From Planctomycetota bacterium (GTDB lineage Bacteria; Planctomycetota; UBA1135; UBA2386), in NCBI GenBank assembly GCA_965228735.1, contig OZ245838.1, positions 2,400,001 to 2,464,000 on the forward strand: a DNA stretch of 64,000 bases, read 5' to 3'. The notes under the pieces are model-generated. The model made no database searches, was not told where the DNA came from, and worked only from the letters and a program-made list of their open reading frames with translations. Below are positions 18,873 to 28,632 of the stretch, piece after piece (within the stretch, counting starts at the first letter, position 1; each line of letters begins with the position of its first letter). The position numbers and the translations under genes were made by a program.

Positions 18873-21800
18873 ATGGCCATGACTCCAGTTGGATCCAACC
18901 GTCGGTTCTCCTCCGTCGCACTCACTGCGACGGGCCTCGCCCTCCTCGCTGGCTGCTCCGGCTCCAGTGATGCGACCACGGGCGAACTCAGCCCGACCAA
19001 CAAGTTCCTGGTCGTTCGCACGGAGCCGGTCAACAACGGCATCGTCTTCCTCAACGATCCGATCCAGGTCGACTTCTCGCGGCCGATCGATCTCAACTCG
19101 GCCAACCTGAACACCGTCACGTTCCAGGTGCTCGACCAGCAGGGTCAGCCCACGGCCGAACTGGTATCGGGTTCGTTCTCGGTCGTCGCGAGTCCTGGGG
19201 ACGAAGGCACGATCGGCCGTCGTCTGCGCTTCACGCCGACGTTCGCGTCGAACAACGAATACGACACCGGTGGCTTCCGCGCCGGGCGCACCTACCTGGT
19301 CCAGCTCGTCGGCGGCAACCGACTCAACGGCACGGTGCTGCGCGACACGGGCGGGCGCGCGCTCGAAAACCCGGTGACGTTCCAGTTCTCGACGGTCGAG
19401 GGCACGTCGCCGGCCCAGCTCTTCCGCAACCCCGGCGCCGGTGGTCCGCGCCGCACGGTGCAGAACGGCCTGACGATCTCCAACACGACGGATCTGAACG
19501 CGGTGCCGCTGAATCTCTTCGGCGCCCCGCCCGTCGAGGTCCGACTGAACTTCGATCAGGCGCTCAACCCGAACGACGGCAACGTGCCGGTCGCGCTCGA
19601 TACGAATCCGCTGGTTCGGGACATCGGCAACCGCGGCCGCATCTACCTCGAGTACGACGATCCGGAGTTCGGCCTCAACACCTGGATCCCGGCCGACGTC
19701 GCCCTCGAGCGCAACGATCTGACCGGCGCGACGGTCGTGCTGCGGCCAGTCGGCGTGCTGCCGAACAACGCCGAGATCCGCGTCATCGTGTCGGCGGAGC
19801 TCGAGGACATCTCGGGCGAGTCGAACGCGGGCAACCTGGCCTACAACCGCGTCTTCGGCACCTTCCGGACCGACGATTCCTACGCCCAGCAGTTCAACGG
19901 CATCGCCGACTCGTTCACGACGTCGGACAACATCGACTTCGCGGCGCCGTTCGCCGAGCCGCAGGCCGAGGTCGGCCCGGGCTACATCAAGGCGGGCTTC
20001 GAGTTCGAAGGCAGCAACACCGTGCTCGAGTACGAGCCGAACGTGCTCGAGGTCGTGCTCAACACCTCGTTCACGCAGATCGTGCCGAAGACGGGCCTGC
20101 CCTTCAACGTCGCGGGCGGCGTGTTCAACTTCGCCAACGTGACGATCCCGCAGGGCGTCCAGGTCAAGGGCCAGGGCCCCAACCCGATGGTCTGGCTCGT
20201 GAGCGGCAACTTCAAGGTCGCCGGCCACCTGTCGGTCGACGGCGGTGAGGGCGCGCGTGTCGACACGCTCAACTCGGCCAACTTCGCGAAGGCCGGTGGC
20301 GTCGGCGTGTGCGGCGGCGGCAACGGCGGCCCCGGCACTCCGAGCGGTCAGTCGCGCGACGCGCGCGGCGGCACGGGCAACGGCCCGCTGCAGGTTCCAG
20401 GCCTCGGCGGCGGCGGTGGCTACCTCGCGTGCCTCGCGGGTTGCTACACGGGCACCGGCTACAACGGTTCGGGCGGTGGCTCGGGCGGCGGTGGCGGCAC
20501 GCTCGCGACCCAGGGTGACCCGTGGTACGACGACGACACCTACGCGCCGGGCACGTTCGACCAGAAGCTCGGCATCGGCGGCCGCGGCTGCAGCGGCGGC
20601 TCCGGCACGCGCACGGCGTTCCTCGAAGGTGGCGAGGCCGGCCAGGCCGTCTTCACCGACGCCCGCGAAGACAACGACTTCTGGGGCGCTGGCGTGAGCC
20701 TGCGTCCGGGCCGCACCGTGCGCATCACGGGCGAGCTGACCGTCCCGATGGGCGGCGGCGGCGGCGGTGGCGGTGGCGATACCGCGCACAACCAGAACTG
20801 CAGTCTCACCGACACGACCTTCGCCAACGACTACAGCGGTGGCGGCGGCGGCGGCGGCGGCGGCGTCCTCATCGTCAAGGCGCTCGGTGAGATCGAGATC
20901 ACCGAGACCGGCAAGATCACGGCCAACGGCGGCAACGGCGGCGGCGGCGAACAGGTCGGCGCGTGCGGTGAAGCCGGCGGCGGCGGCTCCGGCTCGGGTG
21001 GCCTCATCGTCCTGATGTCGGCGACCGGCATCAAGATCCACGCCCACCAGACGAACGGCCGCTACACCTACTCCGGCGACCCGACACTGCCGAACAACTC
21101 GCAGACCAGCCGCAACTACGACTTCGCCATCTCGGCGGACGGCGGCGTCTGCCGCACGGGTCAGTTCGGCGCGCCGGTCGTGCGCACGAAGTATCCGGCG
21201 AGCGGCCAGGCGGTGATGCCCGGCACGACCTACGACGGCAACCCGCTCGGCGCGCTCGGCGGCATGGGCATCGTCCAGCTGATGACGCCCCCGGGCGATA
21301 ACCAGGACAACACCAACACCTACCTCGACGACAACATCGAGTTCATCCTGCCGGTCAACCCGCCGGCGGGCATCGACAAGCGCGTGATGCTCGGCTGGCG
21401 CGGCATCCCGGACGATACCGGCACGTTCTACGACGACTTCGACAACGTCATCCCGGACTCGTTCGGCGCGGGCGACATCCGGCCGCAGCCGATCCTGCTG
21501 CCGGTGCCGTTCAACGCCAAGTCGCGCATCCGCAGCAAGTGGCTCGACACCGGCGCGAGCCGGCGCCGCCTCGTCGCGACCGAAACCGGCGCGCGCGGCC
21601 TGCTGAACAACGGCACGAACGAGCAGGGCCCGATCTTCGAGTTCGCGGGCATCGACAAGGGCTTCGGACCGAACGCCGGCTACGTCAACTACCAGCCGCT
21701 CGGCCAGGCCGGCGTGCGCATCGAGCAGCCGCTCGTCAACACGATCGGCACCGTCCCGATCGTCGCTCTCTCGGCGGACGCGACCTACCTCGGCCAGCCG

Positions 21801-22367
21801 GCCTACCAGCTCACGGCCGCGGCCAACTCGTTCGGCACGGTCGCCGACCGCTACGTGCAACACGAAGCCGAGCTGCTCGATACCAACGGCAACCCGGTCG
21901 GCAGCCTCCGCATCCTGTCGCACGACGACGACTCGCTGCTGCTCTCGACCGAAGCCGGCCTGCTGCCCACGGGCAGCACGCAGGTGCGGATCCGCAAGAA
22001 GTTCTTCCGCATCGCGACGAACGGCAGCGAGGGCCTCGGCCCCGTCTACGTCGACCAGCAGAGCGCGAGCCCGACCCCAATCCCGAACGCCAACGTCCGC
22101 ATCGGCTTCGCGTTCCACCAGGATCCGGCCGGCAACCCGAGTGGCCGCTTCCCCGACCCGGCGACGTCGAACGGTGAGCTCTTCATCTACGACCTCGAGC
22201 GGGCCGACTTCCTCAGCTGGATCGCCGCGAACGGCGCCCCGAGCTACGTCCAGTACGACGTCACGTTCGACATCGTCTACGAGCCGACGGCCCTGAGCGC
22301 CCCGAGCCTGAACCCGAACTCGCCGCGCCCGCAGCTCGACTACCTGCGGCTACCGTTCCGGTTCTAG
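18873..22367 (+). CDS. Large surface lipoprotein with Ig-like N-terminal domains and a glycine-rich region
   Basis: Lipobox LAGC; PIQVDFSRPIDLNS Ig-like start; poly-Gly blocks (GGGGGGGGGVLIV, ITANGGNGG). Confidence 0.8.
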   Translation: MAMTPVGSNRRFSSVALTATGLALLAGCSGSSDATTGELSPTNKFLVVRTEPVNNGIVFLNDPIQVDFSRPIDLNSANLNTVTFQVLDQQGQPTAELVSGSFSVVASPGDEGTIGRRLRFTPTFASNNEYDTGGFRAGRTYLVQLVGGNRLNGTVLRDTGGRALENPVTFQFSTVEGTSPAQLFRNPGAGGPRRTVQNGLTISNTTDLNAVPLNLFGAPPVEVRLNFDQALNPNDGNVPVALDTNPLVRDIGNRGRIYLEYDDPEFGLNTWIPADVALERNDLTGATVVLRPVGVLPNNAEIRVIVSAELEDISGESNAGNLAYNRVFGTFRTDDSYAQQFNGIADSFTTSDNIDFAAPFAEPQAEVGPGYIKAGFEFEGSNTVLEYEPNVLEVVLNTSFTQIVPKTGLPFNVAGGVFNFANVTIPQGVQVKGQGPNPMVWLVSGNFKVAGHLSVDGGEGARVDTLNSANFAKAGGVGVCGGGNGGPGTPSGQSRDARGGTGNGPLQVPGLGGGGGYLACLAGCYTGTGYNGSGGGSGGGGGTLATQGDPWYDDDTYAPGTFDQKLGIGGRGCSGGSGTRTAFLEGGEAGQAVFTDAREDNDFWGAGVSLRPGRTVRITGELTVPMGGGGGGGGGDTAHNQNCSLTDTTFANDYSGGGGGGGGGVLIVKALGEIEITETGKITANGGNGGGGEQVGACGEAGGGGSGSGGLIVLMSATGIKIHAHQTNGRYTYSGDPTLPNNSQTSRNYDFAISADGGVCRTGQFGAPVVRTKYPASGQAVMPGTTYDGNPLGALGGMGIVQLMTPPGDNQDNTNTYLDDNIEFILPVNPPAGIDKRVMLGWRGIPDDTGTFYDDFDNVIPDSFGAGDIRPQPILLPVPFNAKSRIRSKWLDTGASRRRLVATETGARGLLNNGTNEQGPIFEFAGIDKGFGPNAGYVNYQPLGQAGVRIEQPLVNTIGTVPIVALSADATYLGQPAYQLTAAANSFGTVADRYVQHEAELLDTNGNPVGSLRILSHDDDSLLLSTEAGLLPTGSTQVRIRKKFFRIATNGSEGLGPVYVDQQSASPTPIPNANVRIGFAFHQDPAGNPSGRFPDPATSNGELFIYDLERADFLSWIAANGAPSYVQYDVTFDIVYEPTALSAPSLNPNSPRPQLDYLRLPFRF

Positions 22368-22411
22368 CTCGCGAGTCGACGACCGCCGGCGCTCGAACGC
22401 CGGCGCCGATC

Positions 22412-22437
22412 CCGGCCACCTGACGGTGGCCGGTTTC
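22412..22437 (+). terminator. Probable terminator hairpin
   Basis: CCGGCCACC-TGAC-GGTGGCCGG-TTTC. Confidence 0.6.
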
Positions 22438-22477
22438 ATGTACGGAGCGAAACGGCCAGGCCGCGTACGATGACGGT

Positions 22478-23665
22478 ATGCCGCTCGCTCCCATCACGGA
22501 CGATGTCCCGCTGCCGGCCGGCCTGCGCGCGGCGGGACTGCACTGCGGACTCAAGCGCGCGGGCGAGCTCGACCTCGGCCTGCTCGTCGCCGACCGGCCG
22601 CTCGCCGCCGCCGCGGTCTTCACGCAGAACCGCCTCCTGGGCGCGCACGTGCCGGTCTGTCGCGACCATCTCGATCGCAGCGGCGGCCGCGTGCGCGCGG
22701 TGCTCGTGAACTCGCGCAACGCCAACTGCGCGACCGGGCAACAGGGGATCGAGGACGCGCGCCACTGCTGCGCCGAGCTCGCGCGCCGCCTCGACTGTCC
22801 GACGGAGCAGGTGCTCATGGTCAGCACGGGCGTCATCGGCGCGATGCTCCCCACCGCCAGGATCACGGAGCATCTCGACGACCTGCTCGCTGCCGCCACG
22901 CCGACCGGCGGCGCGGCCTTCGCCCGCGCCATCATGACGACGGACACGTATCCGAAGGCGCTCGGCCGCAGCACCGGCAACGATGGCCGCGTCACCGGCT
23001 TTGCCAAGGGCTCGGGGATGATCCACCCCGACATGGCGACCATGCTCGGCTTCCTGACCACGGACCGCGGCTTCGAAGACCCCGCGGCCGGAGCGACGGC
23101 ACTGCGCCGCATCAACCAACGCACGATGCAGCGCGTGACCGTCGACGGCGACACCTCGCCGAACGACACCCTGCTGCTGCTGCACGACCCGGCCACCCCG
23201 ACCGACCCCACGACTCTCGAGGCCGATCTGACCGCGATCGGCCAGGACCTCGCCCGCCACATCGCTGCGGACGGCGAAGGCGCCACGCGGTTCATCACCG
23301 TCGAGGTCCGCGGCGCTGCCGACGAGGCCCAGGCCACCGACGTCGGCCGTGTCATCGCCACGAGCCCGCTCGTGAAGACCGCCATCGCGGGCCGCGACCC
23401 CAACTGGGGCCGCATCCTTTCCGCCGCCGGCCGCGCCGGCATCGCGTTCGACCCCGAACGTGCGCGGGTCTGGGTCGGCGACGCCGAGGTCTACCGCCAC
23501 GGCCGCCCCCACCCGGAAGCCGAGGGCCCGGGCAGCCGCCACCTGCAGGACAACGAACACATCACGATCGGCGTCGACCTCGGCCTTGCCACTGCTGGCG
23601 CCGACGTGTGGACCTGCGACCTCACGAAGGACTACGTGCAGATCAACGCCGACTATCGCACCTGA
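22478..23665 (+). CDS. argJ: Ornithine acetyltransferase / N-acetylglutamate synthase
   Basis: STGVIG, IMTTDT, AKGSGMIHPDMATML (autocleavage Thr), DGEGAT, DPNWGR, INADYRT. Confidence 0.96.
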   Translation: MPLAPITDDVPLPAGLRAAGLHCGLKRAGELDLGLLVADRPLAAAAVFTQNRLLGAHVPVCRDHLDRSGGRVRAVLVNSRNANCATGQQGIEDARHCCAELARRLDCPTEQVLMVSTGVIGAMLPTARITEHLDDLLAAATPTGGAAFARAIMTTDTYPKALGRSTGNDGRVTGFAKGSGMIHPDMATMLGFLTTDRGFEDPAAGATALRRINQRTMQRVTVDGDTSPNDTLLLLHDPATPTDPTTLEADLTAIGQDLARHIAADGEGATRFITVEVRGAADEAQATDVGRVIATSPLVKTAIAGRDPNWGRILSAAGRAGIAFDPERARVWVGDAEVYRHGRPHPEAEGPGSRHLQDNEHITIGVDLGLATAGADVWTCDLTKDYVQINADYRT

Positions 23666-23670
23666 CCGTG

Positions 23671-23739
23671 GCCGATGGGTTGAGTGTGGACGAGGAGAGC
23701 GGCCCCCCACCCGCCGGAATCCACACCCAAACCATCAGC
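23671..23739. repeat. GCTGATGG..GTGTGGA repeat family, inverted pair
   Basis: GCCGATGGGTTGAGTGTGGA at 23671 (+); GCTGATGGTTTGGGTGTGGATTCC at 23716-23739 (-). Confidence 0.8.
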
Positions 23740-23782
23740 GCCGCAACGCGACGAGATCGGCGCGGGGGATCGGCGCGGGGGG

Positions 23783-24430
23783 TCAGCGCGGGGGGATCTT
23801 CACGAGCGTTCCGATCCGCAAGCGCCGCGCTTCCGCTTCGGTCCAGCCGTTGAGCTCGAGGATCTCATGCGACCGACGCATGGTCCCGAGATGCTGGCTG
23901 GCCAGATGCGAAATCGTCTGTCCGGATTGCAGTTCCACCTCGCGATACGTCGGCGCATCGACGTCCGGGGCGGGCCCGGGAGGAGCCGACGCCGTGCCGT
24001 CGTCCCGATCGAAACCCGAATCGCGTTCTCGGTCGTCCCCACCGTTGAGACTTCGATCACGACTTTCCCCGGGGCCCGAGCCCTCCAGCGCCTGCTCACG
24101 CCCGCGACCAGCACCGGATCCGGAACCGTCACGGCGCGGGGCGAGCCGTTCCCGACCGAGCAGGCTACCGATACTCCCCGCACCTGCCCCGCGCGCGCCG
24201 ACCGCTCGTCGCGGAGTGATCACCACGCCCGCGGACTGCAGCGCCGAACGCAGCGAGCCATGATTACCGCCGAGCTCGAGCACGAGCGTGCTATCGCCCG
24301 GCACGACCCGGTCCACGCCGCACGACGCCGCTGTGAACGCGATCACCAGGCCCGTCACGAACGTCGGCAACGTCGCAGCCCCCCGGCCACGACGCCCTAC
24401 CGACCCGACCCGATCGAATACCGCCCGCAT
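23783..24430 (-). CDS. LysM domain-containing protein
   Basis: C-terminal VELQSGQTISHLASQHLG..EILELNG..LRIGTLVKIP; start codon uncertain. Confidence 0.75.
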   Translation of the reverse strand: MRAVFDRVGSVGRRGRGAATLPTFVTGLVIAFTAASCGVDRVVPGDSTLVLELGGNHGSLRSALQSAGVVITPRRAVGARGAGAGSIGSLLGRERLAPRRDGSGSGAGRGREQALEGSGPGESRDRSLNGGDDRERDSGFDRDDGTASAPPGPAPDVDAPTYREVELQSGQTISHLASQHLGTMRRSHEILELNGWTEAEARRLRIGTLVKIPPR

Positions 24431-24537
24431 GGCACCGCAGTATCGCAGATCCCGTCGCCGTTTTCGCCCCGTTGCCGGCAGGGCCACGACGGAACGACTG
24501 CTTGCACCGCACCGGCGACTGCCGGACAACTGCGCCA

Positions 24538-25317
24538 ATGTCCGCCCTTCGGGCCACCCTGCTCACCCTGCTGCCCAAGGTCCTGCTCTCCCGATTGACG
24601 GGTCTCGTCACGTCGATCCCACTGCCGCCCCCGTGCCGGGCCCCGCTGTACCGCTGGTTCGCCCGCCGGTATGGCGCCGAACTCGACGACATCGCGGGTG
24701 ACCTCCGCCGCTTCCGCAGCCTGCAGCAGTTCTTCCGCCGTCCCCTCCGCGCGGGCGCTCGTCCGGTCGCCGACGCCCGCCTCGTGTGGCCCTGCGATGG
24801 CCGCATCGTGACGACCGGCCCGATCCAGGACGGGCGCATCGAACAGGTGAAGGGCCGGGACTATGCACTCGCCGACCTCGTCGGCGATCGCGAGCTGGCT
24901 GCCGCTCTGTCCGGCGGCCGCCAGGCCACGATCTACCTCGCACCGGGCGACTACCACCGGGTCCACTCGCCGTTCGCCGGGCAGGTGACCCAGGTGACCG
25001 CGCTTCCCGGCACTCTCTTCCCCGTCAACCCACCGGCCGTCCGCAGTATCCGCGACCTGTTCGCTCGCAACGCACGTCACGTGTTCGCGTGTACCCTGGC
25101 CGAATCCATCCCGGCCGCCGTCGTCATGGTCGGGGCCTACAACGTCGGCGGCACGCTCGTGACGGTCGACGGGGGCCCCGTCGGCGCCGGTGACGAACTC
25201 GGCCAGTTCGGGTTCGGGTCGACGGCGATCGTCCTCATCGGGTCCGGAGGCCCCGAGATTCCGGATGTTCCGCCCGAGACCAAAACGCGCATGGGTGCCG
25301 CGATGCTGATGGGTTGA
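24538..25317 (+). CDS. psd: Phosphatidylserine decarboxylase proenzyme
   Basis: FFRRPLR, PCDG, QVKG..Y, IYLAPGDYHRVHSP; FGST self-cleavage site. Confidence 0.93.
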   Translation: MSALRATLLTLLPKVLLSRLTGLVTSIPLPPPCRAPLYRWFARRYGAELDDIAGDLRRFRSLQQFFRRPLRAGARPVADARLVWPCDGRIVTTGPIQDGRIEQVKGRDYALADLVGDRELAAALSGGRQATIYLAPGDYHRVHSPFAGQVTQVTALPGTLFPVNPPAVRSIRDLFARNARHVFACTLAESIPAAVVMVGAYNVGGTLVTVDGGPVGAGDELGQFGFGSTAIVLIGSGGPEIPDVPPETKTRMGAAMLMG

Positions 25318-25397
25318 GTGTGGATTCCCGCCCTCGAGCGCTGATGGCTCGAGTGTGGTTCTCGCGCACGCCCGCTGATGGCTCGAATGTGGATCCG
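25305..25397 (+). repeat. GCTGATGG..GTGTGGA repeat family, three direct copies
   Basis: Copies start at 25305, 25340 and 25374; the first contains the psd stop codon. Confidence 0.85.
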
Positions 25398-25458
25398 GGG
25401 CGGCTGCCAATCCGGCCTGGAAGCCCCGCCGAAGAAGGGGCCATCCAGCGGGCTAGTT

Positions 25459-27054
25459 CTAGGCGCCGACCGAGCGCAGCGCGTAGCGGGCTTCTTCGCC
25501 CGCCCGACCTTTGTTGCGCGTCGCGAGGTGCTTGAGCATCGCGGTGCCGAACCGTCGCTCCTCACCAACGCCCTGCGCGAAGTGTCGCGCGATGAACAGC
25601 AGCGCCTCGGGCGTGACGGACGACTCGCGCCGCAGCCGCTCCAGCAGCGGGAAACCGTTGCGCACCAGGGTGGTGAAGAACCCCATCGTCGCGTTGCCGG
25701 GTGACTGATCCTCGGCCTCGTGGTTCTGCGCATCCACGAGCAGGCGAGCGAGCGCCAACTGGTAACGCGCCTCGTCCGTGCCGTGCGGCGACGCCATGAC
25801 CTTCGCGAGGATGTGCAGCGCCTCGGCGAACCGGCGCGCCCGACGCAGGCGCACGGCCTTCTCGACGAACGTCGGCACGATCTTCGCCCCACCGACCGTG
25901 AGGACGACCTCGAACAGCAGTTCGCCCGCCGTCGTGTCCTTCGACATCAGGCGCACGGCCTTCTCGGCAAACGTCTTCTGCGCCTTCGGGCCGATCGCGG
26001 AATCCAGCCGGATCAGGATGTCGGCGGCGACGCGCTGCAGGCGCTCGGTCTTGCCCGACTGCACCACGCGCGCGAGCGGCTCGATCGCCTGCTTGTTGTT
26101 CGCCAGCGCCTCGGCGGCAGCTTCGCGGAACCTGTCGTCGTCGTGATCGAGGAGCTTGATGGTCGCCTTTGCCATCTCCGCCCCACCCGTCGTGCGCAGC
26201 ATGCGGAGCGCGAACAAGCGCTGCTCCTGATTCCGCGACGAGAGCAGGCGCTTGCAGACGGGGAGCAGCCCCTTGGGCATCTCCGGCAGCTCGGCGAGGA
26301 CTTCGCGCACGGGCTCGTGCAGCTCGCGCTCGGCGCCGTCCTCGAGGAGGCCGATCAACGCCTTGACCTGCGCTGCCGGCACCTTGCTGCCACGCAGGGC
26401 CCGGAACGCCGCGGCTCGAACGATCTTGGAGTGCGCCGCGGCGGTGAACTTCAGGAAGGTCTGTCGCGAATGCTGGCGATCGACCTCGGCGAGCACGCCG
26501 ATGATCTGGGCCAGGCACGCGTCCGGAATCGGATCGCCGAGATGCTTGGCCAACCCTTCGCGCAGCTGCTTGCGTCGGGCCGTGTCCTCGAACTGATCCG
26601 CGGCGCCGGTCAGCAACTCCGCGGCGGTCTCGACCAGCTCGGGCGCCAACAGGGCCTGCACGAACACGCCGATGGCCTCCTTGCCGATCGAGTGGACGAG
26701 GATCGTGAGGATGCGAGTGCGCTGTTCGACCGGCGCGACGGCATAGGCTTTCGCCAACACGGGATGCGTCGACGTCCCGGCCTCGGACAGCAGGTGCGCC
26801 GCGTGATCCGCGAGCGCCTCGTGCTCGAGCATGCTGCGCACGATGGACTCCCACGCCTCCCGGTTGCCGATCCGCGCGAGCGCTTCGAGGGCAAAGCGCC
26901 CGAGCACCGGCGATCGCGACACCGCGCCACCGAGCGCGCGAACCGCCGTGGCATGCTTGACTTGCAGCTCGCCCAGGATCTGGGCGGCGGCCACCTGCAG
27001 CTCCGGCCGCCCGGTGTCGAGCAGTCCGACGATGGCTTTTTGCGTGTCGTTCAT
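25459..27054 (-). CDS. HEAT-repeat protein
   Basis: LQVAAAQILGEL, FALEALARIG, VRAAAFRAL and FREAAAEALA helical repeats. Confidence 0.8.
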   Translation of the reverse strand: MNDTQKAIVGLLDTGRPELQVAAAQILGELQVKHATAVRALGGAVSRSPVLGRFALEALARIGNREAWESIVRSMLEHEALADHAAHLLSEAGTSTHPVLAKAYAVAPVEQRTRILTILVHSIGKEAIGVFVQALLAPELVETAAELLTGAADQFEDTARRKQLREGLAKHLGDPIPDACLAQIIGVLAEVDRQHSRQTFLKFTAAAHSKIVRAAAFRALRGSKVPAAQVKALIGLLEDGAERELHEPVREVLAELPEMPKGLLPVCKRLLSSRNQEQRLFALRMLRTTGGAEMAKATIKLLDHDDDRFREAAAEALANNKQAIEPLARVVQSGKTERLQRVAADILIRLDSAIGPKAQKTFAEKAVRLMSKDTTAGELLFEVVLTVGGAKIVPTFVEKAVRLRRARRFAEALHILAKVMASPHGTDEARYQLALARLLVDAQNHEAEDQSPGNATMGFFTTLVRNGFPLLERLRRESSVTPEALLFIARHFAQGVGEERRFGTAMLKHLATRNKGRAGEEARYALRSVGA

Positions 27055-27294
27055 AACCAGAGGACGAGAGAACCTTCCCGACGCGCTCCTGCGGCCGAAT
27101 ACGGCGATGCGCACGGCGGGCGCCCGACCCCAGGATCAACCCAGGCCGGGCGGCCGGATTATGGCAAAAGAAGACGCACGCCGCTACCGGGTAGTGAGTT
27201 GCTGCTGTGGAGATTTCTCCAGGCTGGGGCCCAACCACATTGGACACCACAAGTTGCTGTGGCGTAAACTCCTAACGCGCCGGTCCGGCGACGC

Positions 27295-28494
27295 ATGCGG
27301 ATCCTGCTCGTAACCCCCTTCCCACCGCGCCCAGACGCCGATCATGGTGGCGGGGTCGCGCTCGGCAGCCTCGCGCTCGGCCTCGCACGCTACGCCGAAT
27401 TGGGGCTCGTGACATTCGCTCTACCGGAACATGAGGGCCGCGGCGACGCAGAATCGGTACCTTGGCGATCGATCCACACCGCGCCGCCCCCACCCCGACC
27501 GCGGACGCCGTTCGCCCGTGCCAACCACAAGATCCGGATGCTGTGGCGCTGGCGCTCGGACCCACTCGTTGCCGCCAAACTAGCCAAGACGGAGTTGCCT
27601 GCGGCGATCGCGCGCGCCCGCCGCGAGTTCGCCCCCGACGTGGCGTTCGTCGAGATGGCGCAACTCGCTCAGTTCCTGCCCGCGCTCGCCGGCGTCCCGA
27701 CCATCCTGACCGACCACGAGGCGGGTTGCCCGGCCAACACCCGCACCGGCCTCGGGCAGCGCGGCGATGCGCGTGACCGCCGCCTGTGGTGGCGCTATGT
27801 CGACCGCTGGTATCCACTCGCCGACCAGTTGCAGGCGCTGACCACCGAAGACGCCGCCGTGCTCTCGCAACGGCTCGGGCGCCCGGTCGCGGTGAGGCCG
27901 CCAACCTATCGATCCCCGGCCAACCCGAAGACACCGGCGGCGGCGCCGCCGCGCGCCCTGTTCCTCGGCGACTACAGCCACGGCCCGAATCCCGAAGCCG
28001 CCCGCCGGCTCGCCACGGAGGTCCTCCCCCTGATCCGGGCAGCCGTCCCCGATGCCGAACTATGGCTGGCGGGTCGGCACGCAGAACGGATCGCCGATCT
28101 CGCGAACGTGCCGGGGGTGCACGTCGCCGGGTTCGTCGACGAACTCGACGCGCTGCTGGCGAGCGTGAGAGTCGTTCTGGCGCCCGCCTACTCGGGCGGC
28201 GGCATCCGTACCAAGTGCTTCACCGGGCTCGCGCACGGGCTGCCGGTCGTCACCAACGCTCTGGGCGCGCGCGGCCTGCCGGTGCCCGAACCCGCCATGT
28301 TCCTCGGCGAGAGCCCCCAGGAACTATCGTCGCACACGGTCCGGCTGCTGACATCCGACGATCTCGTGACGACGGGCAGCGAAGTGGGCTTCGCCTGGGC
28401 CCGCGAGAACGCCAGCGCCGAATCCGTCGGGCGACAGCAAGCCGAGTTCGCACAACAGGTCGCGACGCGCGCCGCCGCCGCCACCGCGGACTGA
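27295..28494 (+). CDS. Glycosyltransferase family 4 protein
   Basis: MRILLVTPFPP..GG; FLGDYSHGPN; GGGIRTK..GLPVVT. Confidence 0.88.
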   Translation: MRILLVTPFPPRPDADHGGGVALGSLALGLARYAELGLVTFALPEHEGRGDAESVPWRSIHTAPPPPRPRTPFARANHKIRMLWRWRSDPLVAAKLAKTELPAAIARARREFAPDVAFVEMAQLAQFLPALAGVPTILTDHEAGCPANTRTGLGQRGDARDRRLWWRYVDRWYPLADQLQALTTEDAAVLSQRLGRPVAVRPPTYRSPANPKTPAAAPPRALFLGDYSHGPNPEAARRLATEVLPLIRAAVPDAELWLAGRHAERIADLANVPGVHVAGFVDELDALLASVRVVLAPAYSGGGIRTKCFTGLAHGLPVVTNALGARGLPVPEPAMFLGESPQELSSHTVRLLTSDDLVTTGSEVGFAWARENASAESVGRQQAEFAQQVATRAAAATAD

Positions 28495-28586
28495 TGGCTT
28501 GGGTGTGGATCCGGCTGCGGGCTCGCGCCCGGACCCGGGTGCTGGCTTGGGTGTGGATTCCGGGCTGATGGCTCGAGTGTGGATCA
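28490..28586 (+). repeat. GCTGATGG..GTGTGGA repeat family, three direct copies
   Basis: Copies start at 28490, 28538 and 28564; the first contains the glycosyltransferase stop codon. Confidence 0.85.
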
Positions 28587-28632
28587 CGCCGAGGCCGGCT
28601 GGCCTCCGGTCGCCGGGCGCGACTCGGCCAGA

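Noticed and set aside
20751..20864. GGC microsatellites as phase-variation tracts
   Set aside because: They are in-frame triplets encoding poly-Gly motifs, so slippage would not switch expression.
25305..25397. Mini CRISPR array
   Set aside because: Units are degenerate, spacers are only about 3-25 bp and irregular, copies are dispersed and sometimes inverted, and no cas genes are present.
23671..28586. DnaA boxes / replication origin (TGTGGAT core)
   Set aside because: The core lacks the terminal AA of TGTGGATAA, is embedded in a longer repeat, and there is no AT-rich unwinding region or dnaA/dnaN context.
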